From assembly GCA_964016885.1 (NCBI GenBank), contig OZ024742.1, forward strand, positions 331,824,001 through 331,888,000: a DNA stretch of 64,000 nucleotides. Direction: 5' to 3'. The notes below the pieces were generated by a model. It was given only the letters and a program-made list of their open reading frames with translations, was not told the DNA's origin and ran no database searches. The translations under genes and the position numbers were made by a program. Position 1 is the first letter of the stretch. The number at the start of each line of letters is the position of its first letter. Of this stretch, positions 39,847 to 54,187 are shown piece by piece. The DNA comes from Eledone cirrhosa (Eukaryota).

Positions 39847-42800
39847 GAATGCTATGGTTGACGGAGGCTCGGCTCTGTAAGGTATTGTAAATTTTGACCG
39901 CTATAACAATTGTAAATTGTTTAAAACTTTAACCAACTTGTAGTCAAAAACACCCTCCTCCTCGTGAGAGGGGTCTTTCTGCCCGTTATTTGGCCCTTCG
40001 GGGTTAAATAACTGCTTATTGGGGTTTTGTGCCCAATATTTATTTTAAACAAAAAAACAACATGGCTACGAAAATAAGAATGTTCATAGGTCACTCCCAC
40101 TCATTCCGTCTTCTTCTTCCTCAATCGTCACTACAGCAGAGAGAAGATTGTCTCTCTCCCTCCCTTCTTTAAATGTGTCTCTCTCCCTCCCTTCTCTTTC
40201 GCAAGCGACGACAGAAAAGAAAAGTCTCGTGCAAAGCGTGCAAGATTTCTCCACGACGACGACAACGACGAAACAGGTGTGCGGGAAATACGAAAACCCA
40301 TTTCATTCGTCTGACGTCATGAATAATAGCAGTAGCAGCCGTAATAACAACAGCAACAGTGACAATGAAAACAACAGTAGCAGCCGCAACAGCATCAGCA
40401 GCAGCATAAACAACAACAGCATTAGCAGCAGCAACAACAACAACAACCACAGCAACAGCGGCGGCGGCAGTAGTCGTGGTACCTGCAGCAACAACAAAAG
40501 TAACAGCAGCTCTGACGACAACAACAACAACAGCAGCAGCAAAGAAAAACCAATCTCGTTTGCAGGTATCGCAAAGAACCTGGAAACCATCCTCATAACA
40601 AATGACGAATTAGAGGAAGCGAAGAAGATGGTGACAAAAACTGGACACCGAGCAAACTGCAAGGCACCGGAAAAATTTTTCGAAACCCAACAGCACTGTA
40701 CGGTCACGTTCCGTACAGTAAGTACAAAATCCCGTAAGGTTGAAAGAGCCACAGAGGCCCAAATATAAAAAGCCTTGGGGTCTGTGTGGCAGCGGAAAAT
40801 GCACATCACCCGAGGCAAGAAATATGCCACCGTAGACGTACTTTTTTCCACACCCCAGGAGGAAAAGGCTCAATCCTTAGTGACCCTAAGGAGCGAGGAA
40901 ATGGTTTGGTGCCCTCCTACTGCGGGCAAAAAATTGTGAGAGTCAAACTGACCCACGCAGATGGCCCCTTCTTGGCTAGTCGCGTCTGTCCTCGTCGGAA
41001 TCGAGGACAAAACAACTGTACTGCAAGTACAGAAAAAAGTAAGAGAAGATTGGGTCGGCACCTCCATTGAGATGTTAATCCAAACCAACCAGAAGTGCAT
41101 CGAAGCTATCCCGGATGTGATAGACTTTGATAACGGCACTCAACTGCCCATAAGTGTTGAGGGCAAACGCCTGAAATGCTTTCGCTGTGGATCGAAACCC
41201 ACCCCCTCCTTCCGAAACCGCCTCCACGGCTACCAGCAACAGGACAAGCGGCAACCAGGAATGATAGGTCCGAGGCACCCATACCCACGCCACGGAAATC
41301 TTAAACAGCAGCAGCAGTGGAAGTATTAACAACAACAACAGCAATACCAAATGCAGCTGCAACAGAGACTCCAGTGCAAACATCACCAACACAACAAGTG
41401 AAAGAGTGGAGCTGGTACCCCTCCCCGACCTTACAGAATCAGACATGGAGTGTGACGTGGGAGAGGGATGGCAAAAGGTCGTAAGAAGGCACAAACGCAG
41501 AAGCAGCGCATCGTCGCCTTTGAAAAGGGAGGAAAGAAATGAAAAAAGGGTAAAGTCTACTGCAAAGAGACTCACAGCAGCAACACCACCAACACCATCA
41601 CCACCCACCACACTAGCACCACCATCACCAACGGCGACAACCCCACCGCCAACAACACCTTCAACACCACCACCACAAGCACCAACATCGCAAACACAAC
41701 AACAAAACACACACACCCAGCAACAACGACAAGAAAATAGCAGAACCACACCCCACCCCCAGAAAAACAAATGCACGGCAATAAATACACACAACAAGAA
41801 ACTAATGACTTACATAATTGAACACACAGACATTTCACAACACGACTACATAATACCAGCACCAATCAAAACGCCAACTAACATAAAACTGCTAAAAATA
41901 GCACAGAAACAATACACAAACATTAAAACGAAATTCCCCAACGCAGTTGGTGATTTCAGAGACCTAGGAGGGACACTCAACCGAAGAGTATATTCGGACA
42001 TACTCATAGAAGAGCCGACGACTAGCCGAAGGGACGATTCAGACATCCGCCATTCCCGACAGATCCATCCACGACAACCTCCAACTCATGCGATACATCG
42101 TAGAGAGGGTAGCTAGGGAACCTGGCACGGGTGGGTCCTTGATCAATTTAGATCAGTCGAAAGCTTTCGATAGGGTCAGCCATCGTTACCTAGCGGCAAT
42201 CCTGAGGGCGGCTGGCTTTGGGCCCGTCTTCAGAGGCTGGATCGCTGCCATGCACAGCGACATCTGCTCTGTGGTGAGAGTGAACGGTCACCTTTCGGAA
42301 CCGTTCAACATCATGCGCTCGGTCCGCCAAGGATGTCCCCTCTCGTCCCTCTTGTACGTATTGACTCTCGAGCCATTACTGCACAAACTGGAGACGTTCA
42401 GGGGCGTACCGCGCGAACTAGGATGCGGAAGATCCGTGTCAGCATATGCGGACGATGTCACCGTAGTGGTGTCGAACGCCAAACACATCGAGGCGATCGG
42501 CACTACACTAAGAGAATACGAAGCGGTGACAGGAGCAATGATCAACCAGGAAAAGTCAGTGGGCCTGCAGCTCGGCACCTGGAGAGGCAGGTCCATGCCG
42601 TCCAATAGCGTCGTTGGACGCTGGACGGACGGACCGGTTAAATTGCTAGGGGTCTGGTTCGGTCCGGACCTCCAGACGGACAAAAACTGGGACGAGGTGA
42701 CGAGCAGGGTGGCTTCTCACCCAGAAATCGGCAGAGAGGAAGCTATCCCTGAAAGGTCGAGCGGAGGTGGCTAACGCGTACATCGCGTCTGTCATCTGCT

Positions 42801-44064
42801 ACCGCCTGACCGTCGTACCTTGTCCTAAGCCTCGCCTGACTGCACTGGAGCGTTTGCTCTTTCGCTTTTTGTGGAAGGGACGCGCTCCGATGGTCAGGCG
42901 GTCCATCTGTTGTCAACACCCGCTACGTGGAGGGCTGGGCATGCCGTGGCTGATGATGCGCAGGCACGCGCTCAGGCTACGACATCTCCACCTCTTCCTC
43001 GACGGTGATCAGGTGTGGTCGCCGCTTGCTAGACACGTGTTTCCCCAGCTCGTCTCCGTGACGGAGCTGCAGTCCTGGGTCAAGCGAAGACCGAGAGGGA
43101 GCGCCTGGAGACTGGAATGACTTCAGGCGCTCACAGCCCTCGACCAATCGGGCAATCTGCTCGGTGGAAACTCCACGTCGGAGTTCTATAGAGGATTAGT
43201 GGAGGGGAAGAGCGACGACGTTCTTGGGGACACTCTAGGCGTCGACGAAAATCACTAGCCAATCTCTTCTGAAGAACTTTCTGGCCGGGGCCTATGGACA
43301 ATTTCCAGAAATCTCTGGCCTGGCAGTGCTACCGAGGAGCCTTGCCAGTTCGGGATAAACTCTACAGGCATGGAAGTGCCGTCAGCCGGGCATGTCCGAA
43401 ATGCGCGCAGGGCGACGAAACCGTCCTGCACGCACTCGTCCAGTGTCCGAAAATTGCTGACTTGTGGGTTTATGTCGAACACCTGCTGTCGCGTGTAGGA
43501 CGGATCCGGCTATCATCTGAGTCCATCGTGAGGATTGCCCCGCCCTCCTCCTATAGCCGGGAAGGGCAGGCAGTTTTTATCTGCCTGGTGGCCATAGCAA
43601 AAGTGATAGTATGATGGAAACGTTTGAAAGGGCTGAAGACGAGCACTAACCTCTTCGGTGATGCTCTGATTGACTTTTTCAAATTTCATTTGAAAAGGAA
43701 CATCAGAGTAGAGAGGGAAGTGCTCTCTTACCAGCATTTTTTTGAAAGATGGGTGAGAGAAGCAAGAATGGCTCGAGTGAATGGGCCTACTCTGAGTATA
43801 TATCTGTAAATTAAAGTTGGAAAACTGGGAGAGGGCACTTGCCTTGGTGGTCAGGCTCACTGTGGCCTTTTACTGGGCTTTCTCCACAAATGTCCCTCCG
43901 AAGTCTCCCCCCTATTGGGGAATTTTTCATTGTTATTTTTGTTACATCCTCTGTTTTTGTTTTTTACACGCGGAAATGCCCATTTGTACCGTCCTGTATT
44001 GTCCTGCACTGTCCTTAATGTCTACTTTATGTAAACCCTTGTGGTTAATAAAAAAGAAAAAAAA

Positions 44065-44065
<1 letters not shown>
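39847..44065 (+). mobile_element. Tx1/L1-type LINE in (ATT)n, ORF1 plus internally deleted ORF2
   Basis: ORF1 pieces at 40062-42030 (VEGKRLKCFRCG). RT at 42088-42774 (LDQSKAFDRV, RQGCPLS, YADD). C-terminal CPKC..ETVLHALVQC. AATAAA, then (ATT)n. Confidence 0.9.
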
Positions 44066-44114
<49 letters not shown>

Positions 44115-45949
44115 GTTATTATTTCTACTATCCCCTAGATACTCAGGTGTGTGAAACATCTTATTTTCTGAAGTTCTAATTGTGTGTATTTGGTACGAAT
44201 ATTTCATATTGCGTTGTGCGGTGTGTTTGTTTGTAGTTGGTGTTTTTTTTTGTGGGGGGGGGGGGTTCTTCTATTACTTTAATGGTTCATTCGATTGTCA
44301 TGTTGGCATATAAGCACTGTGATTGGAGGGATTTTGTTAAGTTGGGATTATGTTTCGTATGTGTTGTATAAGTTATAGTTAAGTATTGCATTACATTATA
44401 ACTGTTATATGTGGTACGACACTATAGTTATTTAATAATGTCAGTGACGATTCTGTAGCGTATGTGCAGTATAAAGTTATAGTTAAGTTCTCTGATATAA
44501 AGATAATGTCAAGGGGGTAGAGTATGAGTTACGTATAGTTATAGATAGCTTGCATGATGGCACCTATTTATACGTTCATTATTTAAAGAAGAAGTAGTAG
44601 GGGGAGGAGGAGGAGAAGGAGAAGGGGTGATGGAGGAGAAGAATGTGAAACAGAAGGATGAGAACGGGGAGAAGAAGGTGGTGAAGAGGTGGACAATGAG
44701 GGGGGATGGGAGGAGAAGGGGGAAGGGGGAAGAGAAAGAGAGGGGAGAGGTGGAGGGCAGAAGAAGTGGATTGTGGACCAGGTGGCAAATATAACTTTAA
44801 TACTAGCAAACATTACAAGGATCAATTGATATGTGATCCGGATTAGATGTTATTTTCTAATTCAAACTTAAGGGGAAACGTAAGAATATCCGTATAAAGC
44901 GAAGTAAATAAATATATACTTAAAAAGATTAGAGTAATACAAATATGAATATATGAGATAAACATAGAGCTATACAAACAAATGAAAGACAAAAGATTAG
45001 GGTGAATATGATAGGTACTTTGGATTAATGCTTAAAATTATGTAATACGCAAAACAATTAACGAAATAAACATATGGTAAATAGAATCTCAGTGATATAG
45101 TTATGTATCCTACTATGTCACCTTGTCCAAAAAGGATTCTAGGAATGGGCACGACACACAAAGATGACTCACATGTGCGTATCGTAGAACAGAGACCGGT
45201 GATGATTGCTGACTGTGAAAACATCTAGTGCGGCACCACAACGATTCGTTACAAATGATACGGGAAAGTTACTGACTGATTGGGCATCTTGTTGTTAATT
45301 GGAAGTGCCATACTGTGTGCTCGTATAAGAGTTTGAAATCCGATCTCCGACAGGCAGAATTTGCCACCGATTGTACAGGTAGAAAACGTTCCATTAATTT
45401 CCTATTCCCTTACTGGCTCTTTTATTTTCTTTCTTATAACCCTCTTAATATTTAATTGTATTATGTTGTTCATTTTCAAAGGTTTTCACACACATCAACA
45501 TTTTTGAACGCCCGGTAGAGTGATCCCTTGCGAGACATTCCATTTTTATTTTTATTTTACAATGCATCATTCAACATTTGCATCGTGGACTCCCCTTTTC
45601 ATACCACTGTCCACAAAAAAAAAGTCAAAGATAGTCCCCTAAAAATTAAGTTAGCCTTTCATGTCTATTAAGAGAAACGTTTGACGGCATCCGAATTGAG
45701 ACAAAACCACCCTCCTATTAACAGTAAGGATTGTCAAGAGAGACTGACGATCTGTAGTTCCTACATATTCTATTGAAGATGATTGAGGGCCATACATTTA
45801 TTTAGTATATGAGATAAGTGTTTTAGTGTCCTTGCCATCTGCATGTGCTTGCTTGGCTTCGTTCTATCATCATTGCAGCTTAATATTTCTCAAATCAGTT
45901 TGCACTTATTTTTTCGTCCCAAGCATATATTATTACAATTAAGATAGAT

Positions 45950-46800
45950 TCAACAAGCAATAAGTTTTATCAAAGATTTTTTTTTGTTCCGAAGTATGTG
46001 ACCTATATAAGGATTATCTGTAACCCAATCATTGGATCTGCATTCTACTTGGAGACAGATCATGGCTAGTCCTCCACGCGGATGGAGAATTATTACCAAT
46101 GGCTTCCCAATCCAACCGACACGAAGCTTGGATTGCAGCTTTAATTACACAAAAAGCAAAGGACGTGCTCATTGGAGTTGCGATTGCAAGCGTAGGGACC
46201 GGACAATAAATTACTAGAGGTATTTGGAAGGAAATTCAGCGATTCAAAATTGATTGTAGAATAATTGGTATGTCATTCAACACCAACTCCAGTAACATTG
46301 ACATACACCAATGAGCTAAAACGAAAATTGAAGCAGCTCTGAAAGAATCACTTTTGTGACTGGCTTGCCGACATGACATTCTTGAACTGATTTCGAAAAA
46401 AGTCTTCGAGACCATTTCTCGCCATCAGGTCCCGGAATTCCAATGTTCAAAACGTTCCAGGAACGTTGGGCTTTCGTCGATAAGTTTCATTATCTAACGA
46501 TCCTAGACAATGAAGAACCCATGGACTATTTTTGCTTTCAAAAGAAAGAGGTGTCTGGAGATCAAACACAAGGTGACTATGTAGAGTTCATAAATCTGTC
46601 ACCTCTCTATATTTGTGTTTGTCCATTTCCCCAGTTCTCCTTCTTGTCATAACGCTCGGTGGATTAGAACGGATGTATATGTGATCTAGATAATTATTTT
46701 CAAAGAACAACTTAAGCTTACACTACGTGTGTCGAAAGGTCTAGAAGCATTCGTTTCCAGTGATAAATTTCATTCATTCTTTAATTCCAAATTTACTGTG
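45950..46800 (+). pseudogene. Decayed DNA transposase, hAT-like (hATm-type motifs)
   Basis: Broken frames give HADGELLP (cf. HWDGKLL), IGMSFNTNSSN (cf. FDTTASN), LL*LACRHDILEL (CxxH) and SGPGIPMFKTFQERW. Confidence 0.65.
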
Positions 46801-47712
46801 CATTTAGAACGCCCTGAATCTGTTTATTTTCATTTGTCCCCTATTTGACAAAGGAGCTGTTTCTGGTATTAAATGTCATACATAAAAAGTGTTTCCCTAT
46901 CTATCCCCAATACCGTCACACACATATATGCATATTTTCTTTTCATTTCTTTGTGTTATGTGGTTACCTAATTGGATGGAGTAACATGAACATAAATGAT
47001 AATATACTGCAGGTGGTCAAATACCCGAAAAATAGCCATGTGTATCTGTGTGTTCAGTGTCATAGCTAGCTGGTCGTTGGTTCCAGTTTAGTGATGGAAG
47101 AACAATTTAACTAAGGACGTGGGAATTTTTGCTGGCCAAATACTTCTTTAAGATTTTTGTAATTCTATTTATAAAAATCAAATACTTGTTGAAGACTTTT
47201 GAAATTGTATTTATAAAAACCAAAGAAAGGAAGATATATATATATATAGTGTGTTTTTAAAATTTATACTCGCAAACATACACAGAATATAGACATACAG
47301 AATGTGCTCCTGTCTGAGTCATGTTCCTACAATAACATCCGTAATGACAGAGACAAAAGAAAGATAGGATTCATTTGACACTTCGATACAATAATCTAAT
47401 TTAGAAGAATAAAATAGGTTGTCGGTGTTGAATTAAATATTATATTGCAGCTTTGAATGTTTTACTTATTTCTCGCCTGGAAATGTTCCACTCATTCTTG
47501 TAGAAAATCATATTAGAGGAAGAAAATGTCTCAACCTGTTCATCTTGTATATCCACACACACACAGAGACATATATATGAGATCTACAAAACAAAATTGT
47601 AAAATTATATTATGAAATTAAATTGTTTAGAACTACAAGTGAAGTTATTCTTTTCCTTTTTTCTAATATATATATATATATTTCAAATATATATATATAT
47701 ATATATATATTT

Positions 47713-47821
<109 letters not shown>

Positions 47822-49451
47822 TTGCTTAAGCGTAATCGAAAGATTGAGAGAACAGGAGAGACAGACTATGACGTTATAGATAATATATTATTGTAATAGT
47901 AAGCGTTGAATATTAACGGATTTACTAATATTAAGATGTAATAAGTAGATAATGATATTAGCGATTATATATAGATAGGAAATACGTAAATTACTTTACC
48001 TAGACATAAAATAGAAGTGACAATTATTATTAATATACAGACTATAAAACAATTATTTGTAAACAATATATGGAATATCACCATTAATAACAAATGACGC
48101 CAAGATATTGTAGATTGAAATTCTAAATGAATTACTATCTAAACAAATATATTATCTAGCGAGGATAGATGGAGGCAAAATTGCCCTGGTCTGTATTCTA
48201 CTCAGAATTTAAAGATAGATAAATATATCTTCTAAAGTATTTAATTTTTCGTTCCGCTATTTCTGAAGTCGTTAACCTCAACTTGTTTGTATAGTAAATA
48301 ATGCATTATGAAACAATGTGCATATAAGGATTTCAGTGACCATGTATCTAAAAACATAAATTTAAGAGAAAGAAAGAGATAAATGAAAGAAGTGATGGAA
48401 TGCGCTGTCAAAATGTATATATGGTGAGGTTTAAATAAGCCTTTGTGAGTGGACACGACGACTAATAATATTCTGCAGAAACTTTTAATTTGAGGACTTA
48501 AAACTAATTATATATCCCAATATTGTTACATAAGGTTTGAACATGCTTAGGATTAAAGGAAATAGTAGGATTACTTAGAATTACAAAAGTTATTCAAGGA
48601 AAGATTTACTTTAAACTTAGCATATACTGTATATTATGACTGATCCTATCTTAAGTCCGTTTTAAGACATCTTTCGTGCATGTTTCCTCTTGTTCTGAGT
48701 AAATATTTATTATTTCTCAGAACAAGAAGCTTATAATTATACATGGTCTGACGAAATTCTACAAGGTTTTCTGAAATATCATAATCAATGACAAAATTGT
48801 ATTCCGAACTGACATACATAAAATCAACTAATGACGTGGAATAATGTTTTCTCTTTCGCAAAGCTTATATACCTAAATCAGTAAAAAGAATAATATATTT
48901 ATCATATATAGTAAGTAAAATATGTTTCTAGGGTAAGCAATCATTGTATATATCAGATAACAAAATATAATCTATACAGGAAATTTATTCTTCATTAACA
49001 ATATTTCGCCTGACCTCTTGTCAGCCCAGCTTTTGTAAAGAAGACACACAATCTAAGTATTTATACAAACATCTTTCCATCAAGAAATATTTGAAAATTG
49101 TATTATTTCTAAAATAATATGCGTTGAAATGGATTGTTACATGTTATATACTCTCTTTTATATGTGTGATGCTCAACAGATCAAGGAAACTAAAACACTG
49201 TAATCAGATACACGTGTGTGAGAAACGCTACAAAATCCAATATGATGATAGTGAAATATAGTTAAAAATTCAGTTAGTGGACGTTTATTCTGCAATTTCT
49301 CACGTGAGTTACAAGCTCATCAAATAATACTGTCTATTGAGCCTGTACGACACTATCAATGTCTACTATGATATTGTCTGTGAGTCCTCGCGTTCGTCAA
49401 TACGAAATGGATAGTCAATTTCGTATTTGATTTACTATATATTTATTATTA

Positions 49452-50222
49452 TGGATTTGAAGTATCGGTAGATCGTCGGACACCCTACTTTGCTGCATTA
49501 CGTTTTGAGTTCAAATCCTACTGAGGTTAGCTTTGCCTTTCATAATTACGGAGTCGATAAATAAAGCCCTGGTAATGCACCGGGGTTGATTTAATCGGCT
49601 TTCTCCCCACAAACGGTTGCAAAATACCTTTACCTAAATCAGACACCATTATTATTGGATTGGCGGTTTCGGTAGAGGCTCGGGTGCCATTTTTTGACGC
49701 ATAGAGTTACGGCCCTTGACATTCTGAGTTCAAATCCCCCTGGGGTTAACTTTGCTTTTCATCCTTACGGGGTCGATAAAATAAAGTACCAATAATGCAC
49801 ATGGTATTTGCTGGCATTGTACCCTCCGACGGATTGGCAGAATCGGTGGAGCGTCGGGCACCATGCTTTACAGCATAGCGTTACAGTCCTTTACGGTCTG
49901 TGTCTAAATCCCGCCGGGGGTTATCTTTATCTTTCATCTTTATGTGATCGATGAAATAAAGCACCAGTAATGAACTGGGGTCAATTTAATCGACGCCCTA
50001 CCCCCACCCCCAAATTGCTTGTGTTTGTGGCTATACTAGAAATCATTATTATGTGCATTGGCAGTATTGGTAGACGGCCGGACGCCATGCTTTGACGTAT
50101 AGAGTTACGGCCCTTGCCATTCTGAGTTCAAATCCCGTCGAGGTTAACCCTTACAGGGTCGATAAAATAAAGTAATGCACTTGGTAATTGCTGGCCTTGT
50201 GCCAAACATAGAAACAATTATT
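49452..50222 (+). mobile_element. Head-to-tail cluster of four diverged SINE copies
   Basis: SINE heads (T)TGGCAG..TCGGTAGA at about 49452, 49657, 49831 and 50058, each followed by the core. Confidence 0.85.
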
Positions 50223-51884
50223 ATTATCTATTTGCAATAGATTAAAACAGTAGAATGTTAAACATTTTCAATTTCGGCAAAATATCAAATTCGAAATAAA
50301 TTAATCGTCCGTTTAGATCTGGAGGATAGGGTGTTAGAATCATGATCATAATGTTGCAGATTTGATTTCTGGACCGCGCCACCCATTGACATCTTGGGAA
50401 AAACATTTATTTTTAGTTCTTCATTCTGCTAGGTGTTGTGACCGTTAGTTAATATCAGCAATAGAAAAAACTAATGTAAGCAGCGTTTCCTTGGTTACAT
50501 CTGACGAGCCGCTCCTTTCCTATCAATTTTATATTTGATGACGACATTGATTTTTCACTACATTCCTGGATATATAATGAAATATAATATTTCATGCACT
50601 TTTCCACTATATATCATTAAGACTACACATTCAATGAAAAACTGTATCCGTAATTCTAATCCAAGGGTCAAATTCCCGTAATAAACAATATTCGCATTTA
50701 TCTGTCACCAACCTTGCCGACATCTGGAATATCCAAACTACTATTTTCAAGAATAAATCAGAAAATTCAATGTACTTTAAATATTAACTAATATATCATT
50801 ATCAACCATCTATTAACGCCAGACGAAATATTTGCTGAAGTTTGAATTAGGAAATGGAATTACCATGAATTCCTGGTATATTTTTCAGGGAAGCCTTTAT
50901 GATATTTAAACCTGTTGGAACGCATACATCTCAAAGTTGGGAGACTGCTGATTACCTCCAAGGAGACATGTAGATGAATAATTGAACCCAGTTTGTACTG
51001 GTATTCATATATCACGAAATGTTGAAATGTAAATTTGACGTCGGTGCTATCTGAACATAGAAGGCAGTGATCGGAATACAAAACATAAATCATGCTCTTC
51101 GACGTTCCTAGGACTTTGGCATTTCGCCAGCTTTTCCAAATAGAAATGAATGAAAAATGAACAATCCTGTGATATTTACCAGATTACTGAATTTTATCAA
51201 TAGAATATGAATGTGGTGAATGTGAGGGAACTTGCAGTGTGAAATCAGGTAATATTCACTTTATTCACAAAATAGTATTACATTCAGCAATCGCATTTTT
51301 CGGTTCATTTCACAAAACGCATCGTTAGAATATGCACAGCATATAGAGCATTTAATATAATTACAGCATATTTGCAGATATGTGGTTCCTGCGATATTAA
51401 ATGTATCATTTTCAAAATAATGATGCTTAATATATCAAAGTTGTTTACTTGATGTAATCATTTAACAATGTAGTGGAATCATATCTGTGAAAGGCAATGT
51501 ATATATATATATATATTGTGTGAGTGTTTGGATGTGTGTGTGTATAGAAAGTCATGGGGAGAAAAAGAGAGAGAGGAATAACATAATTTGTATAACAATT
51601 CACTGAATACAAATGTGTTAATTGTAATAAGCTATTGTGTATTCAACTAGTGTAAGAGAAACGTTCAGATCTTTAGTAGGTTATATGGCGGACGCTTGCG
51701 TAGAATTAAATTGTAGAGAAAATGTGTGAAGCTGTAAGTAAAGGTAATTAGAGTGTACGCTATTTCACATTTTGTTTGTATGTTTAGATAATTTGTTAAT
51801 ATTAACGAGCACCCTTTGTTGCGCATGTATATATACACACATACACACAATCGTGCGTATAAATAAATTAATAAATAAATAAAC

Positions 51885-51915
<31 letters not shown>

Positions 51916-52185
51916 ATATATAACCATATATATTTATATATATATATATATATATTTATAATATATATATATATACTATATATATGTAGATAAATCTACC
52001 AAGAGTTTACGGTAGTGTCCAATCCGTATGAAGAACTCAATGTAATCCGGATATCATGGAAAGAAGAGATGCAATGAAAAATCACTTTCGGTGAAAGATA
52101 AACGGAATACAGAGTCAAGATAAAATATTAAAAAAATAATGAATTAAACAATGAAACAGTTCCTTATATTAAACAAAAAAAGTTC

Positions 52186-52333
52186 ATTATTTAACGATCG
52201 TTTCTAGGATATATATGTGTTAGAATTGGCATGCATATTCAACAGATATATGTACAAAATTATACAAAATTATACAAACTATCAAAATTAAATATACATA
52301 CCAACACATATATATGCCGTCTTCAGAAATAAT
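52186..52333 (-). ncRNA. Type-I hammerhead with intact core and a stem II of about 115 nt
   Basis: ATTATTT-CTGAAGA-CGGCATATATATGTGTTGG...CTAACACATATATATCCTA-GAAA-CGATCG-TT-AAATAAT. Confidence 0.75.
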
Positions 52334-52336
52334 ATA

Positions 52337-52410
<74 letters not shown>

Positions 52411-52548
52411 TTATATATATATATATATAATATATATATATATGTGTGTATATATATATATATATATAATTTTAAATTTAGCTCTGGTACTTACATAGAG
52501 CACTCTTCACTCCTATGACTTTTTCAATTTTCAACGGAAACTTCAATA

Positions 52549-52666
<118 letters not shown>

Positions 52667-52755
52667 TATAAACATATCATATATTGAGTTAGAAACTCAA
52701 AATAGTCCTTTATAATTAAATAGCTCAAGGAAGGGAATGTTTCCGAGCCGTGTAA

Positions 52756-53119
52756 TACAATTGAATATATGAATGGAATGAACACCGATACAAGTATATA
52801 TGTGTTCCAATTGCCAATGACCAAGTTAGCTAGGTTGAAAAATACCAAAAAATACAAATTAATAAATCAATAAAAATAACCAACCTATATTGGGCAATTG
52901 CCGTTTGATATCCGGACAGATCTAAATCGCTTTCGCAACAATTATTAAGTGAAAGCCACCATTCCTGTGCTCTTTTGTGGTATCCAGTAAATGTGTACCT
53001 TTCACTTCAAAATGGCACTTCAAATTGGTATTTTTCAGCCTGGCTAATTTGGTTATTTGCAATTCGAACACATGTATACTTGTATTGGTGTTCATCCCTC
53101 ATCTCATATTCAATTGTAT
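52756..53119. repeat. Inverted repeat, arms of about 95 bp with a spacer of about 175 bp
   Basis: 52756-52848 is the diverged reverse complement of 53024-53119. Confidence 0.85.
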
Positions 53120-53160
53120 ATATATACATAGATATATATATATATTACATATTACATATA

Positions 53161-53348
<188 letters not shown>

Positions 53349-53380
53349 CATTTAATTATATAAATATGAATGGAAAAATA

Positions 53381-53850
53381 TGAAATTTTATTTCTCACTC
53401 TTAGTACGGCTGATACTTGAATATAAGTATGTATACTTACATACATATATGTATACAGACGTACACTAGTATGTATATACATACATACATGCACACATAT
53501 ATATATGTACGTATGGGTTTACCGAACATTTATTATAATGATGGGTTTGTTTGTAAACAAACAGCCCGAATTATTAGCCGTACAGTGTTCGGCAACCATC
53601 GTTGCCCTTTTGTTCATCACTGATAAAGGAACGATGAACTGGTTGCCGAACACTGTACGGCTAATAATTCGAACCGAGCATTAAAATAAATGTTCGGTAA
53701 ACCCATACGTAGATATATATATATATATATGTGTGTGTGTGCATGTATGTATATACATACTAGTGTACGTATGTATACATATATGTATGTACGTATCGAT
53801 ACTTATATTTAAGTATCAGCCGTACGAAGAGTGAGAAATGAAATTTCGTT
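53381..53850. repeat. Fold-back palindrome of a diverged copy of the 522-bp HHR family
   Basis: 53381-53636 aligns with 5271-5615. 53641-53850 is the reverse complement of the left part. Confidence 0.88.
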
Positions 53851-53890
53851 TATACTAAATCTTTTAACCGAGTGATCTTTGTTCCTTGAT

Positions 53891-54117
<227 letters not shown>

Positions 54118-54155
54118 TATATATATATTTCTCTCTCTCTCTCTCTCTCCACCCC

Positions 54156-54187
<32 letters not shown>

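Noticed and set aside
50800-51100. Possible decayed Penelope GIY-YIG on the minus strand
   Set aside because: Only faint words (IYVL, HRRQI) appear in broken frames, which is insufficient without a profile search.
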